Sequence record: OL964735.1
Direction: 5' to 3' (one strand)
DNA length: 64,000 nt
Origin: Escherichia phage T4
The position numbers and the translations under genes were made by a program. Below the pieces are notes generated by a model. It had not been told where the DNA came from and did not search any database. It saw only the letters and a program-made list of their open reading frames with translations. This document shows positions 9,327 to 19,472 of this stretch, piece after piece (within the stretch, counting starts at the first letter, position 1; every line of letters starts with the position of its first letter).

Positions 9327-10597
9327 TGGTGCTTAACCCTATGCATGATTTCTTTATTTTTACCGAGATTAAATCCGCGTTCGTTCGGATTTCCCAAATA
9401 ACCACATGTTCTTCTTATGGTATTCATCTTTTTAGGATCAGTTTCTCCACAAATAGAACAAACAAATCCGTTTTCAGTAGGAGTCATTTCATGGGTACTT
9501 CCACATGTAAAACATTTATCTACTGGCATATTAACACCAAAATAATCTAAATGCTGTGCAGCATAATCCCACACGGCCTCAAGACCTTTTAAGTTATTTT
9601 TCATATCAGGAAGTTCAACATAAGAAATGTGACCACCTGTCGCAATGAAATGATATGGCGCTTCACGAGAAATCTTTTCAAACGGAGTAATATTTTCTTC
9701 TACTGAAACATGGAAACTGTTAGTGTACCAGCCTTTATCGGTAACATCTTTTACGCTTCCATATTTTTCTGTATCGAGTTTACAGAAGCGATAACACAGG
9801 TTTTCAGCAGGAGTCGAATATAAACTAAAAGCAAATCCGGTTCTTTCAGTCCACTGTTTAAGATGAGCATTCATTTTAGTTAAAATTTCTCGTCCAATAT
9901 CACGACCGACAAGAATATTCAATTCGTGAATACCAATGTATCCTAAAGACACTGAACTTCTACCGTTTTTAAATAACTCAATTATGTCGTCATCAGGTTT
10001 AAGACGAACCCCGAATGCACCTTCTTGGTAAAGAATAGGAGCAACAGTAGCTTTAACTCCTTTTAAGGAACTAATTCTACACATCAAAGCTTCAAAACAT
10101 AAATCCATTCGTTCATTAAATAGCTCAACAAATTTCTGTTCATTGAACTGTGTTCCAATATAAGAATCTAACGCGATGCGAGGAAGATTCAGTGTTACAA
10201 CACCAAGATTATTGCGTCCATCAAGAATTTCATTGCCAGTCGAATCTTTCCATACGCTCAAGAAACTACGGCAACCCATCGGAGAAACAGGAACAGATGA
10301 ACCAGTGATAGCTTTATTGTTCTTAGCTGAAATAATATCAGGATACATCCTTTTGCTTGCGCACTCTAGAGCAAGCTGTTTAATATCATAGTTCGGATCG
10401 TCTTTATAAAGATTAACACCTTCTTCAACGAACATAACAAGCTTAGGGAAAATAGGAGTTATCCCATCACGACCAAGACCTTTAATACGATTTTTCAGAA
10501 TTGCTTTCTGAATCATTCGTTCAGTCCAGTCAGTTCCCGTACCAAATGTAATTGTTACAAAAGGAGTCTGTCCGTTTGAACTGAATAACGTGTTCAC
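9323..10597 (-). CDS. nrdD: Anaerobic ribonucleotide reductase NrdD, exon 2 (exon extends a few codons upstream of 10597 to the 3' splice site)
   Basis: C-terminal glycyl-radical motif RRTCGYLG and zinc-ribbon CxxC...CxxC; track start is a GTG inside the exon; exon-1 plus exon-2 ORF pieces total 605 aa as T4 NrdD. Confidence 0.85.
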   Translation of the reverse strand: MNTLFSSNGQTPFVTITFGTGTDWTERMIQKAILKNRIKGLGRDGITPIFPKLVMFVEEGVNLYKDDPNYDIKQLALECASKRMYPDIISAKNNKAITGSSVPVSPMGCRSFLSVWKDSTGNEILDGRNNLGVVTLNLPRIALDSYIGTQFNEQKFVELFNERMDLCFEALMCRISSLKGVKATVAPILYQEGAFGVRLKPDDDIIELFKNGRSSVSLGYIGIHELNILVGRDIGREILTKMNAHLKQWTERTGFAFSLYSTPAENLCYRFCKLDTEKYGSVKDVTDKGWYTNSFHVSVEENITPFEKISREAPYHFIATGGHISYVELPDMKNNLKGLEAVWDYAAQHLDYFGVNMPVDKCFTCGSTHEMTPTENGFVCSICGETDPKKMNTIRRTCGYLGNPNERGFNLGKNKEIMHRVKHQ

Positions 10598-11640
10598 TTC
10601 ATCAATGTGTTCAGTAGAGTTCGCTACTTCTCTACCCGTTTATATGAAACAATGTAATTTGGATAATTGTCATCTAAACACAAATCTTTAATACGACTTG
10701 GGTGGAGTTTTAAATCTTTAGCAGCATCCACAAATGATTTATAGATATTGTCATTTATTTTAACATATTCTGGGACGGGATGAATTGTTATTTTTATATC
10801 TATAACATTTGGATGATTACTAACCTGTTCTTCAGAGCATTTAAGAAATTTTGCAGCTGATTTAAAACTTCTAAATTTATTTCCGGATTTTAAAGCTATA
10901 GAAACAGTCTTTTTAGCCGTTCTACTACCAATATTATTTTTAACATGAGCTTCACTTCTACTATTATTTTTATAATGCTCAATCAATTTCTCTCGTATCT
11001 TATCTTTATGTTTTAAAGATAAGATTTTACCTTTATGGGCATTACTAAGTTTTTGCTTATGTTCTTCTGAATCCGGATATTTGTTAAATTTATATCCACC
11101 TATAGATTTATTAAGAATAAATTCGTTATTAAAATATTTCCTAATAAGCATTTCTTCATGTTTAAGGGCCGATTCATAAGAATCAAAAACTTGAAGAATT
11201 ATCCACTTAGCTTTATAATCTTTAAGCTTTTCTTTAACAAGCTTAGATGACGAATTGTATTCTTTCCAATTTGTATCTTTACCATATATAGTTTTGAATT
11301 TTTTAAAACCTATATAAAAAGACTTATCAGGAAATCTTACCATATAGGTAAATGCTACAGAATTGGCAATTTTTAAGCTTTTTCTTAATTTCCATTTCAT
11401 CGTTTCACCTCGTATTCATATTTATACGAGGATAAACAGCTGCATGTCACCATGCAGTTCAGACTATATCTTCAACTCTTAGAGTTGTCTGCCGTTTCGG
11501 GTCGCTTGACCCTACTCCCTTACATTCATCAGGGATAGTCGTTGGGCATTTACAGCTACTGCTGATTTAGCAACGGATTGTCTCAGTGAGAGTTTCCCGT
11601 TTTAGGCAGATTTTACATGAGCTTGACTTACGTTAACTCA
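10598..11640 (-). mobile_element. Group I self-splicing intron in nrdD (sunY-type); ORF in 3' half, catalytic core in 5' half; boundaries approximate
   Basis: nrdD reading frame is interrupted by about 1.03 kb; an ORF-free, GC-richer structured segment at 11400-11630 lies upstream of the intron ORF; a GIY-YIG endonuclease ORF lies within. Confidence 0.8.
10624..11400 (-). CDS. I-TevII: Intron-encoded GIY-YIG homing endonuclease I-TevII
   Basis: 258 aa; GIY-YIG-type N-terminus (SFYIGFKKFKTIYG); located inside the nrdD intron. Confidence 0.85.
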   Translation of the reverse strand: MKWKLRKSLKIANSVAFTYMVRFPDKSFYIGFKKFKTIYGKDTNWKEYNSSSKLVKEKLKDYKAKWIILQVFDSYESALKHEEMLIRKYFNNEFILNKSIGGYKFNKYPDSEEHKQKLSNAHKGKILSLKHKDKIREKLIEHYKNNSRSEAHVKNNIGSRTAKKTVSIALKSGNKFRSFKSAAKFLKCSEEQVSNHPNVIDIKITIHPVPEYVKINDNIYKSFVDAAKDLKLHPSRIKDLCLDDNYPNYIVSYKRVEK

Positions 11641-12173
11641 TAAGCTTGGAATGCATCGTATACGTCTTTTTCTGTTTTAGATTGAGCATAATTCAACGCA
11701 TCAGCGATTTGCCATTTTTCTGCATCCTCAATATGTTTTGCATAGGTGCGTTTAACATAAGGAGAAAGTACTTTATCTACATTCGCAAAAGTCGTTCCGC
11801 CGTATTGGTGAGAAGCAACTTGCGCAGTAATTTGTGCCATAATTGCAGTAGCAACTCCAATTGATTTAGGAGTTTCAATCTGCGCATTACCAAGCTTAAA
11901 TCCGTTTTCAAGCATTCCTTTTAAATATACTAAACAGCAATTAGTAAATGGAAGAGCAGGGGAATAATCAATATCATGCACGTGAATAATTCCGCTTTCA
12001 TGCGCTTTCATAATAAAAGACGGGACCATATTTTTGGCAATGTGTTTAGACACAATACCAGCCATAAGGTCCCGTTGAGTTGGAAAAACACGAGAATCTT
12101 TATTAGCATTCTCGTTTAAAAGGTCTTTATTAGTTTTATGAATTAATCCTTCAATTTCTTTTTCAATTGTCAT
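11628..12173 (-). CDS. nrdD: Anaerobic ribonucleotide reductase NrdD, exon 1 (3' end lies slightly upstream of the in-frame stop at 11628)
   Basis: N-terminal 181-codon open frame MTIEKEIEGLIHKTNKDLL..., continued by the downstream exon. Confidence 0.85.
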   Translation of the reverse strand: MTIEKEIEGLIHKTNKDLLNENANKDSRVFPTQRDLMAGIVSKHIAKNMVPSFIMKAHESGIIHVHDIDYSPALPFTNCCLVYLKGMLENGFKLGNAQIETPKSIGVATAIMAQITAQVASHQYGGTTFANVDKVLSPYVKRTYAKHIEDAEKWQIADALNYAQSKTEKDVYDAFQAYELT

Positions 12174-12643
12174 TTTAAACTCTTTCTAAGCTGCTTCTTG
12201 AATGAAGCTATTAATTGTGTTTTGGTGTCAGATTCATTATATTCAAATCCTCTTTGAAGCATCTCGGCCATCATTTCCTCTTTTCCTAAACGAGAAAATT
12301 CCTTTGATTTATCTCCAACAAAGTTAGGGTGAATATTATTTTGGGTGTAATCGGATTTTAAATAAGTAAGTAAATTTTCTAACCATTCAAGATAATCAAC
12401 ACCTTGTCCCTTTAAGCCAGAACGATTAAATTTATGCTTCATTTGACCTTCTGCAGCATTGCATAGATTACAAAGCAATCCACGCACCTTTCCTGCTTTT
12501 GGTCCATTTAATTCATGGTCATGGTCGAGGTGATTAGCTTGAACATCAGGATTTAGTTCTCGTTGGCAAATTAAGCATTTACCGTTTTGTGCATCATAAA
12601 ATTTCTGTTTTTCTTCTTTGTATAATTTGCCAGTCAATAACAT
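12170..12643 (-). CDS. 49: Endonuclease VII (Holliday junction resolvase / packaging debranching enzyme)
   Basis: 157 aa; zinc-binding CLICQ...HLDHDHELNG...CNLCN pattern typical of T4 endo VII. Confidence 0.9.
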   Translation of the reverse strand: MLLTGKLYKEEKQKFYDAQNGKCLICQRELNPDVQANHLDHDHELNGPKAGKVRGLLCNLCNAAEGQMKHKFNRSGLKGQGVDYLEWLENLLTYLKSDYTQNNIHPNFVGDKSKEFSRLGKEEMMAEMLQRGFEYNESDTKTQLIASFKKQLRKSLK

Positions 12644-12684
12644 AATAAACCCTTACCTTAAATAGATAAGGGTATTTATTATTT

Positions 12685-13170
12685 TCAAGTATTGTAAAAC
12701 ATTTGATGCAATCGCTTATATTGCTGAATCATTCGGTCAGAAAAAGAAATTTGAGTTTCAAGCCATTCAATGTACTCTGCGGCAGCTTGCATTAAATTTC
12801 CTTCATAGCCATCGTTATTTTCTTGTGCAGCTAATTTAGCTAATGCGTATGAAATACGTTCACCTTGAAAATCGGCTTTAGGCTTCTGAACAACTTGATT
12901 AGTTCGCTCTACAACTTCTTCAATTTCGCCATTTTCTACTGATTCAGTATTCCACAAACACCAATACGTAATTGGCTTATCGTAGATGTTAATAATCTTT
13001 CCATCAGAAAGTTCAATTTCAATAATTCCAGTGTCAGGCTCTATATCATCTTCACATTCTTTTACAAGTTCACGAACTTTAAAGACAGTACCTGCACTAA
13101 GTTCCGGCCAGTAATTACACAGCCCTGTATCAGCACGATTAATTCTAAACCATTTATCTACTGTAATCAT
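12685..13170 (-). CDS. pin: Pin (inhibitor of host Lon protease)
   Basis: 161 aa from ATG at 13170 (track start 13188 is TTG); position between 49 and nrdC. Confidence 0.6.
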   Translation of the reverse strand: MITVDKWFRINRADTGLCNYWPELSAGTVFKVRELVKECEDDIEPDTGIIEIELSDGKIINIYDKPITYWCLWNTESVENGEIEEVVERTNQVVQKPKADFQGERISYALAKLAAQENNDGYEGNLMQAAAEYIEWLETQISFSDRMIQQYKRLHQMFYNT

Positions 13171-13328
13171 GTCCCATCTCCATATCAATTAAGTCATTTA
13201 TCGTTGGTTCATTATACACCGTTTCTTCATCAGTGTAAACCGGTTCTTCCGGCTCTGGCTCTACAGTTTCCCATCTAGCCGCCCACCAAGGTTTTATAGC
13301 GTAATCCATTCTCGTACTGTCTGAGTTA

Positions 13329-13514
13329 CTACACGTTCTCGAAGCTCAACCAGTTCAACCGATATTGGCATTTACCATCTTGCACCCAGTCTTCTATTTC
13401 GATAGGTTTAAGATAGTCGGAAAAATCGAAATCATAGTTTTCCGAAAATGCATCATGGTCTTCAATGATTTCGCTCAGAACTGCATCAACATCTAATTTA
13501 TTTTCAATATTCAT
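13329..13514 (-). CDS. hypothetical small acidic protein
   Basis: ORF track. Confidence 0.35.
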   Translation of the reverse strand: MNIENKLDVDAVLSEIIEDHDAFSENYDFDFSDYLKPIEIEDWVQDGKCQYRLNWLSFENV

Positions 13515-13717
13515 TTTTCACACCACCAACTGCTTACTTCAAAATCGGGTTCGCCATGTTCCCAGAACCAGGGGCCGATAGGAATCCACTTACCTTCATC
13601 GGTGACGTCATATTCTTCGGATTTAGCTAACCAAATCATGTATTCATAGAGTTTATATTCCAGGTCGCCTTCTGTTCCATCGCCTAGAAAAATAATTTGT
13701 TCATTTAATTCTATCAT
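13511..13717 (-). CDS. hypothetical small acidic protein
   Basis: ORF track; overlapping stop/start with neighbours. Confidence 0.4.
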   Translation of the reverse strand: MIELNEQIIFLGDGTEGDLEYKLYEYMIWLAKSEEYDVTDEGKWIPIGPWFWEHGEPDFEVSSWWCEK

Positions 13718-13977
13718 TTAAAGTATTCCCGCAATTGGTCAAATCCACCAATATGACTTCCATCAGGAGCAAATACCTGAGGCATTGTTAAGCCGATTTG
13801 AGTATCACGACCTAGTTTAGTCAGAAGCTCAGCAATTTTCTCATCATCAAAAACACCTTTTTCCGGCATAATGTTGATAAATTCAAACGGCTGTTTCTTC
13901 ACAGTCAAAAGACGTTTTGCATTATCGCAATACACACATTTATGAATGTTGCTATCATAACCATATACTTTAAACAT
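13714..13977 (-). CDS. nrdC: Thioredoxin/glutaredoxin NrdC
   Basis: 87 aa; active-site CVYC near N-terminus. Confidence 0.85.
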   Translation of the reverse strand: MFKVYGYDSNIHKCVYCDNAKRLLTVKKQPFEFINIMPEKGVFDDEKIAELLTKLGRDTQIGLTMPQVFAPDGSHIGGFDQLREYFK

Positions 13978-13978
13978 A

Positions 13979-14221
13979 TTATTCCTTAATTCCTAGTACT
14001 TGTTTAAAAGTCTCGTCGTAATCAAGACTTTGGCCCGTTTGTTCTTTATGCTTGTATATAATATCACTTACTTCTGATAGCATATTTTTATATGAACGAG
14101 TTAAAGCAGATTTAAGCACGCTGTATCTATCAGGAAATTTACCGTGTTCATTATAATAAGCTATTGCTAATTCACGGACTGCCTTTTCAGCAGTCTCCAT
14201 ATATTCTTTACGCTTTGTCAT
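13979..14221 (-). CDS. hypothetical protein (nrdC.1 position)
   Basis: ORF track 13979..14362; internal start [13 protein letters not shown] preferred to avoid the 155-nt overlap. Confidence 0.35.
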
Positions 14222-14522
14222 TTTCTTCTCGGTCAAATCGGTGTTTACAATGGCGACATTTATAACGAAGATTATTAGTCTGCCAATGGACCAATTGCAC
14301 CTGTTCAGTTCCACATTCAGGGCAATTAGGAACGTTTTTAGAAGCCCTTTCGCGACGTTCAACCATGACCATTACAGAATCCCAATTAACAGGAGGGCTA
14401 TAATCATCACAACCATAAATCTTTCCACGCATTTCCAGATCGTCTTCTTCACCAGCCATAATAATTTTAATTAGACTAGAATTACTTGAAGCTGCAATGT
14501 CTTCTAATAGACGCTTTTTCAT
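14208..14522 (-). CDS. hypothetical protein with C-terminal zinc ribbon
   Basis: 104 aa; CPECG...CRHCKH. Confidence 0.45.
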
Positions 14523-15445
14523 TTCAATACCTCAATAGCATTACGTAAACCATTTGCTTTGGCGGTTAAATCCTTAAGAACTTTAGTATGCTCTTCAATC
14601 TGTTTTTCAACTTCAATCAAACGGGTACTGAGATATTCGCGTTCTTCTTTCATAGTATCATTCCCATGATTGGGCTTTGGCGTAGGTTTAAATTTATTAG
14701 GGTCCTTTAACTTAATAACAACTTTAGTTTCAAACAGTGAAAGACCATAATTCGTATTATCATCAAAGGATTCAACTACGTCCATTTTAGACAATAACGT
14801 ACGAAGATTATAAGTCAAAGAACGAATCGTTTTATTATGTTTATTAGCTTCACATGGTTTCATATATGGAAGATTTTTATATATTTCATGCGGAGCACAA
14901 ACAATAATTAACAATTCAAATGGTCCATTCTGTGATGATGGAATGAATTTAGCCGTAACCCAATCTTTTACATTTACATTAATAGTACGATCATCGCCAT
15001 GACAAAACAGTCTACGAGAATGCTTAAAAAGCATATTCACATTATTATTAAATTCGTGTGAAAACTCACTGGCAAATTTTTCTTTACTATCTTTAGAAAA
15101 CCATTCTTCTAAATAAGTTCTTTTCACGTCGTTAATAATATTAAATGTAACAACATTATCATTTGATACATTAGTCTCAATGTAGCTTGGATACATAAAT
15201 TTTTTAACATTATTAACAGCTATCACAGAAGATAGTAATCGGGAACGTTTGAACCACTCGAGCAAAGAACCAAGAGAATGTGAATACGCATTTTGTGTAT
15301 CTTTACAAATATGGTTTTCCCATCCAATATAGTCTAAAAAATCACGAAGAATATTATTGATTACTTCTCTATGTCCTTTCTGATAATCACGATGTTTAGT
15401 AATAAGACTGTCAAAATAATCAATATAATGTTTACGAGTTTTCAT
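14519..15445 (-). CDS. hypothetical protein, member 1 of a 4-gene tandem paralog array with C-terminal coiled coil
   Basis: 308 aa; N-terminus MKTRKHYIDYF; heptad-like C-terminus [31 protein letters not shown]. Confidence 0.5.
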   Translation of the reverse strand: MKTRKHYIDYFDSLITKHRDYQKGHREVINNILRDFLDYIGWENHICKDTQNAYSHSLGSLLEWFKRSRLLSSVIAVNNVKKFMYPSYIETNVSNDNVVTFNIINDVKRTYLEEWFSKDSKEKFASEFSHEFNNNVNMLFKHSRRLFCHGDDRTINVNVKDWVTAKFIPSSQNGPFELLIIVCAPHEIYKNLPYMKPCEANKHNKTIRSLTYNLRTLLSKMDVVESFDDNTNYGLSLFETKVVIKLKDPNKFKPTPKPNHGNDTMKEEREYLSTRLIEVEKQIEEHTKVLKDLTAKANGLRNAIEVLK

Positions 15446-15499
15446 GTTCTTCTCACTTGGTTAATGATTTATACTCCGAGCCATCCTTGGCTTTAAATT

Positions 15500-16501
15500 T
15501 TACTTAATTAACTGCAAAGCTTGTTCTAGACGATCAAGACGATTAACGGATTCTTCCCAAATCTTTTTAGCCTGCTCATATTCTTTCTGCGCTTTATTAG
15601 AAATTTCTAGAACTTCTTTATAAGCTTTTTCTAGTGCAATAACTTCTGGACGAATTTCTATCGGTTCAGGTGAATCATCAAGACATTCCATTAGTTCCTC
15701 AAGGGTAGTTTCTTCTTTAGGAGTATTCACAATTTCATCACATTTTTGTTGGTAAATTTCTTTACTAGTAGGTGAATAAGCACATTTCACTTCACGAAGG
15801 CTAATTACGAGTTTATATCCTTCCCAACCGCATATATTCTTAAAAGGATATGTATGAATATTTTCTACTGTTTCCATACAAAGTAATGCGGTCTCTAATT
15901 GACGAGTTATAGTGCTAGCAATTGAGAAAAATTTATTAATATTCTTTTGGTTAGTTTCTGGTGTAAAAAATCCATAATTCACAAAAATAGATACTTTATT
16001 TTTATCAAGTTCATATTCTTTTATGATAATCATATCAGAAGCCAAAGGATGAATTTGACGATAATCGCCATAACATAATTTAGAAGCTGATTTTAGAATT
16101 TGCTTCTTGAAAAGTCTGAAATTACTAATCCAACGACGAGTAAAAATATTCTCAGGGTCTTCTTTATTATTGAGATGATAAGAATTAACATCACCGAACC
16201 AATTATATCCTACTACATCTTTAGTTCGTTTAATTTCTTTCCCAAAATTACCAAGAATATCCCGATTAACCAAATATGAAAGAAGACGAGACTCTTTAAA
16301 GGTTTTCTTGATAACATCTTTATCTACACGGCTAGAAATTTTACGAATTTCATGAATAAATTTAGTAGAAGAAACAATACTTGCATCAACACTATTGAGC
16401 CACTGATTGATAATAGAAAGAACGCTATTTTGGCCAAACATCGGTATAGCTTTATCATCAATAACGCTATTGAATGATTTGATATATTCGTTACGAGTCA
16501 T
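15500..16501 (-). CDS. hypothetical protein, paralog 2 of coiled-coil array
   Basis: Start moved to ATG at 16501 (MTRNEYIKSF) behind GAGGAG and promoter-like element; internal block RRWISNFRLFKKQILKSASKL resembles paralog 3. Confidence 0.5.
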   Translation of the reverse strand: MTRNEYIKSFNSVIDDKAIPMFGQNSVLSIINQWLNSVDASIVSSTKFIHEIRKISSRVDKDVIKKTFKESRLLSYLVNRDILGNFGKEIKRTKDVVGYNWFGDVNSYHLNNKEDPENIFTRRWISNFRLFKKQILKSASKLCYGDYRQIHPLASDMIIIKEYELDKNKVSIFVNYGFFTPETNQKNINKFFSIASTITRQLETALLCMETVENIHTYPFKNICGWEGYKLVISLREVKCAYSPTSKEIYQQKCDEIVNTPKEETTLEELMECLDDSPEPIEIRPEVIALEKAYKEVLEISNKAQKEYEQAKKIWEESVNRLDRLEQALQLIK

Positions 16502-16529
16502 ATTAATCTCCTCAGTAGAAAGTAAGAAC

Positions 16530-16559
16530 ATTATACCACATCCTTGTGGCAAAGTAAAC
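16530..16559 (-). promoter_or_regulatory. Early promoter, minus strand, driving coiled-coil paralog 2
   Basis: GTTTAC -35, 18-bp spacer, TGTGGTATAAT -10, then GAGGAG and ATG. Confidence 0.55.
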
Positions 16560-17581
16560 TAGTTCAGTGCATTTAGTGCATTGTTCAGTTTAGAACGTTG
16601 CTTTGTCAGATTTTGAACCCTTGACTGAGCTTGTTCTAACGCCTTTTCAGCTTCTAGCACTTCATTGGTCGCTTTAACTAATTCAGCATCTACTGCCTTA
16701 AGAGACTTCTCAATCGCATCCGCGTGCCATTTTTCAACAGGTTTAAGACTTGGATTTTCAACAGGAAGAAAATTCACTTTATTGAATTTCCATGCATCTT
16801 TATTACCTGAGCTATACATCCAAAATTTAGGATCGTTTGATAAGTAATTAGATAAATTTAAGTTATCTTGCACTTCTTGCTTTTTCTCTTGTGTGACTTC
16901 GTCCTTTCTCAAAAATTCATATTTAAATGAAACGATCATATCAAGTTCATATGATGTTGTATCTAACTTAAATCGTTCAAAACGAGGTAAAATCTTAGAT
17001 TGAACAGCAGCAACAACATCCATATACTTAAATGCTTCTGTCAACTGCGATTTAAGGCATTCGCAAATTGAAAGAGAATTTTTTGTATTAGGTTTAAAGC
17101 TAATTCGTGCAGTTCTATTATTTTCTTTTAACGGTCTTACTTCCATCTGAAGAGTATAACCATCAAATTTCAGATTCTTTAAGTTAATGTCAGAGCCTTT
17201 TAATCGACTAGCAGTAGACAAAATTTGCTTTAATTGTCTACGGAACAGAGCAATAAATCTCCATTCAATACGATAATGATTTGGATTGAAAAATCCAGAT
17301 GATAAATCGACCTTACTTTGACCAACGCCTTGAACAAATAGAGGATTTTTATAATCAATAGTTTTACAGAAATCGGTGAGCTGTTCACGAGCAGTCATTT
17401 GAGTAATATACCCTGCTTTACTAAAATTACGCACCCATTCACTGCTATTCGTATACTTAAAGTGATGAATAACACGATTAACTTTATCAGGGTCTAAATT
17501 ATTTTCACACAAAAATGTCATAACATCACGAGTATAGCTGGCATTACGAACCATATCTTCAATTTGAGAACGAGTTTTCAT
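16559..17581 (-). CDS. hypothetical protein, paralog 3 of coiled-coil array
   Basis: 340 aa; MKTRSQIEDM N-terminus; block YRIEWRFIALFRRQLKQILSTASRLKG; C-terminal coiled coil. Confidence 0.5.
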   Translation of the reverse strand: MKTRSQIEDMVRNASYTRDVMTFLCENNLDPDKVNRVIHHFKYTNSSEWVRNFSKAGYITQMTAREQLTDFCKTIDYKNPLFVQGVGQSKVDLSSGFFNPNHYRIEWRFIALFRRQLKQILSTASRLKGSDINLKNLKFDGYTLQMEVRPLKENNRTARISFKPNTKNSLSICECLKSQLTEAFKYMDVVAAVQSKILPRFERFKLDTTSYELDMIVSFKYEFLRKDEVTQEKKQEVQDNLNLSNYLSNDPKFWMYSSGNKDAWKFNKVNFLPVENPSLKPVEKWHADAIEKSLKAVDAELVKATNEVLEAEKALEQAQSRVQNLTKQRSKLNNALNALN

Positions 17582-17589
17582 GGTGTTCC

Positions 17590-18504
17590 TTAAGATTTAA
17601 GTAAATCAACAATTTTAATTAACTTTTCACGCTCAGATTTAGCTTTACTACTCAATCCAGATAGTCTGAAAATTTCATCATCATATTGTTGAATAGAAAT
17701 ATTCAGCTCTTCAATTTGCTTATTAAAATAATCAATTTGTTCAGAATGTTTTTCGTTACTACGAACTGGTACAGGTTTTGTAGGCAATTTAGTTGAACTG
17801 GATTCATTCGGGCGATAAATTAAAATGCAATTTGAACCAATCGGGCATTTAGCACCAGATGAATATTCTAACGTTCCAGCTTCTTTTAAAACTTCAAAAG
17901 CTAAACAGAGATGATGCCCCATATTAACATAATCAGTAGAGCGAGCTCTGATGTAATAATCATCTCCACGAGTGCTAAATTTAAAGCATTTAAGGTCTTC
18001 TGTATTATTAGTTTTAAAAATCATTTGTTTATCTAGACCTTTAGCCAATCGAGCACCTAATGCTAATAATCGTCGTTGATTTTCCCACAAATCTGCGATC
18101 ATTTGGTCAAATGATAATTTCGGCATTAGCCGACCATAAAGGTCATATCCTTTATTATAATTGCGAAGGATTTCACTCGCATTAATACGAGACAACGCTC
18201 CAATTTTATTAAGGGCTTTCATAATACGATTAGATAAACTCATTCCAGACCCGTTTGTTCGCTGTAAATGTTTTTCTAATCCAAATCCAATATCAACTTT
18301 AAATTTATCTAAAATTTCAGCATGAACATCTCTGTCAATAACATTCAAATCCAAAGTTGGGTTAAATCTATGAAAAAATTTATCTGGCTCTCCACGACGT
18401 AAAACAGTCCATTCATTCATCATTTTTTTATTAACTAAAGATTTAATTACTGCGTTGACATTATTAATTACTACTGACATATTTTCCTCACTCAATTTTA
18501 CCAA
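17590..18504 (-). CDS. hypothetical protein, paralog 4 of coiled-coil array
   Basis: 304 aa; C-terminal coiled coil EQIDYFNKQIEELNISIQQYDDEIFRL. Confidence 0.45.
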   Translation of the reverse strand: MVKLSEENMSVVINNVNAVIKSLVNKKMMNEWTVLRRGEPDKFFHRFNPTLDLNVIDRDVHAEILDKFKVDIGFGLEKHLQRTNGSGMSLSNRIMKALNKIGALSRINASEILRNYNKGYDLYGRLMPKLSFDQMIADLWENQRRLLALGARLAKGLDKQMIFKTNNTEDLKCFKFSTRGDDYYIRARSTDYVNMGHHLCLAFEVLKEAGTLEYSSGAKCPIGSNCILIYRPNESSSTKLPTKPVPVRSNEKHSEQIDYFNKQIEELNISIQQYDDEIFRLSGLSSKAKSEREKLIKIVDLLKS

Positions 18505-18889
18505 TTACGCGGAATAAGATTGAACAGACTATATAAGTACCACATATAGATTGAACTAATGCCATTCCAAAGAACCAAACAATATTATCAAACCATGTCT
18601 GTTTTACGTCGAAAGGACGTAAACTTACAGTAATATTATCACCTTTTTCTATTGAAGAATACATCTCTGGGGAAATATATTCACTAAATCTATAACCGTC
18701 TTTGAGTTCATATACAGCAATAAACGATAAACTAGACCCCTTTCCTTGAGTTCCTGTAAGGGTATTAACTACAGTAACATCATAATCTTTATAATGCATA
18801 TAATCATTAATTGCGTAATAACCATATGCAATTACTATACATAAACAACATATCAATAAATTCAATCTTTTAATTATCAACTGTTTCAT
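18488..18889 (-). CDS. hypothetical membrane protein
   Basis: 133 aa; N-terminal TM helix (LLICCLCIVIAYGYYAI) and C-terminal hydrophobic segment. Confidence 0.45.
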   Translation of the reverse strand: MKQLIIKRLNLLICCLCIVIAYGYYAINDYMHYKDYDVTVVNTLTGTQGKGSSLSFIAVYELKDGYRFSEYISPEMYSSIEKGDNITVSLRPFDVKQTWFDNIVWFFGMALVQSICGTYIVCSILFRVIGKIE

Positions 18890-18944
18890 AATAATCTCAA
18901 TTAAAAGGGCTTAGAACCATTATACCATCCTTGGTATAAAGCGG

Positions 18945-19472
18945 TTATGCGAGTACCGTATTTAACCGTTCTTCAAACTTCCGAAGAGTGTTCTGGCGTT
19001 CAGCTCTTTGCTTTTTGTAAGTTTCAATACGCTCTGAAATGAGAGTGTATCGTTCATTTACTGATTCTTTCATAAAATCAGGAATTTCACGAGAAGCTTT
19101 AATCTCGTCAAATTTATCAATAACAGCTTGCTCTTCAGCAATTAAGTTATCATACATCAAAATATCTTTCTTGATGAACTCAATATCTTCTTGAGTTACA
19201 CGAGATAATTTAGATGCTTTATCCTTTTTGTACTGTTCGTTAGTATCACGAGACCAGTGTAATGTACGATTTTTATTCGTATTCTTGTAAATTTCTACAA
19301 TACCAATCTCATCGATAATAACGATCCAATTCCAACGGGATTTGTAAATTTGTCCTCCATTAACAGTGATTTCACCTCCGATTGAGATGTCATTAAAGAA
19401 CTTGCTTTGTGCTTCTGATTTAAATTTACCATCGTTGTAATTTACCAGGTTGAAAATATCTTTAGCGTTCAT
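18945..19472 (-). CDS. hypothetical coiled-coil protein
   Basis: Start moved to ATG at 19472 (MNAKDIFN) behind GGAGGAA; the track start lies inside the promoter-like element. Confidence 0.45.
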   Translation of the reverse strand: MNAKDIFNLVNYNDGKFKSEAQSKFFNDISIGGEITVNGGQIYKSRWNWIVIIDEIGIVEIYKNTNKNRTLHWSRDTNEQYKKDKASKLSRVTQEDIEFIKKDILMYDNLIAEEQAVIDKFDEIKASREIPDFMKESVNERYTLISERIETYKKQRAERQNTLRKFEERLNTVLA

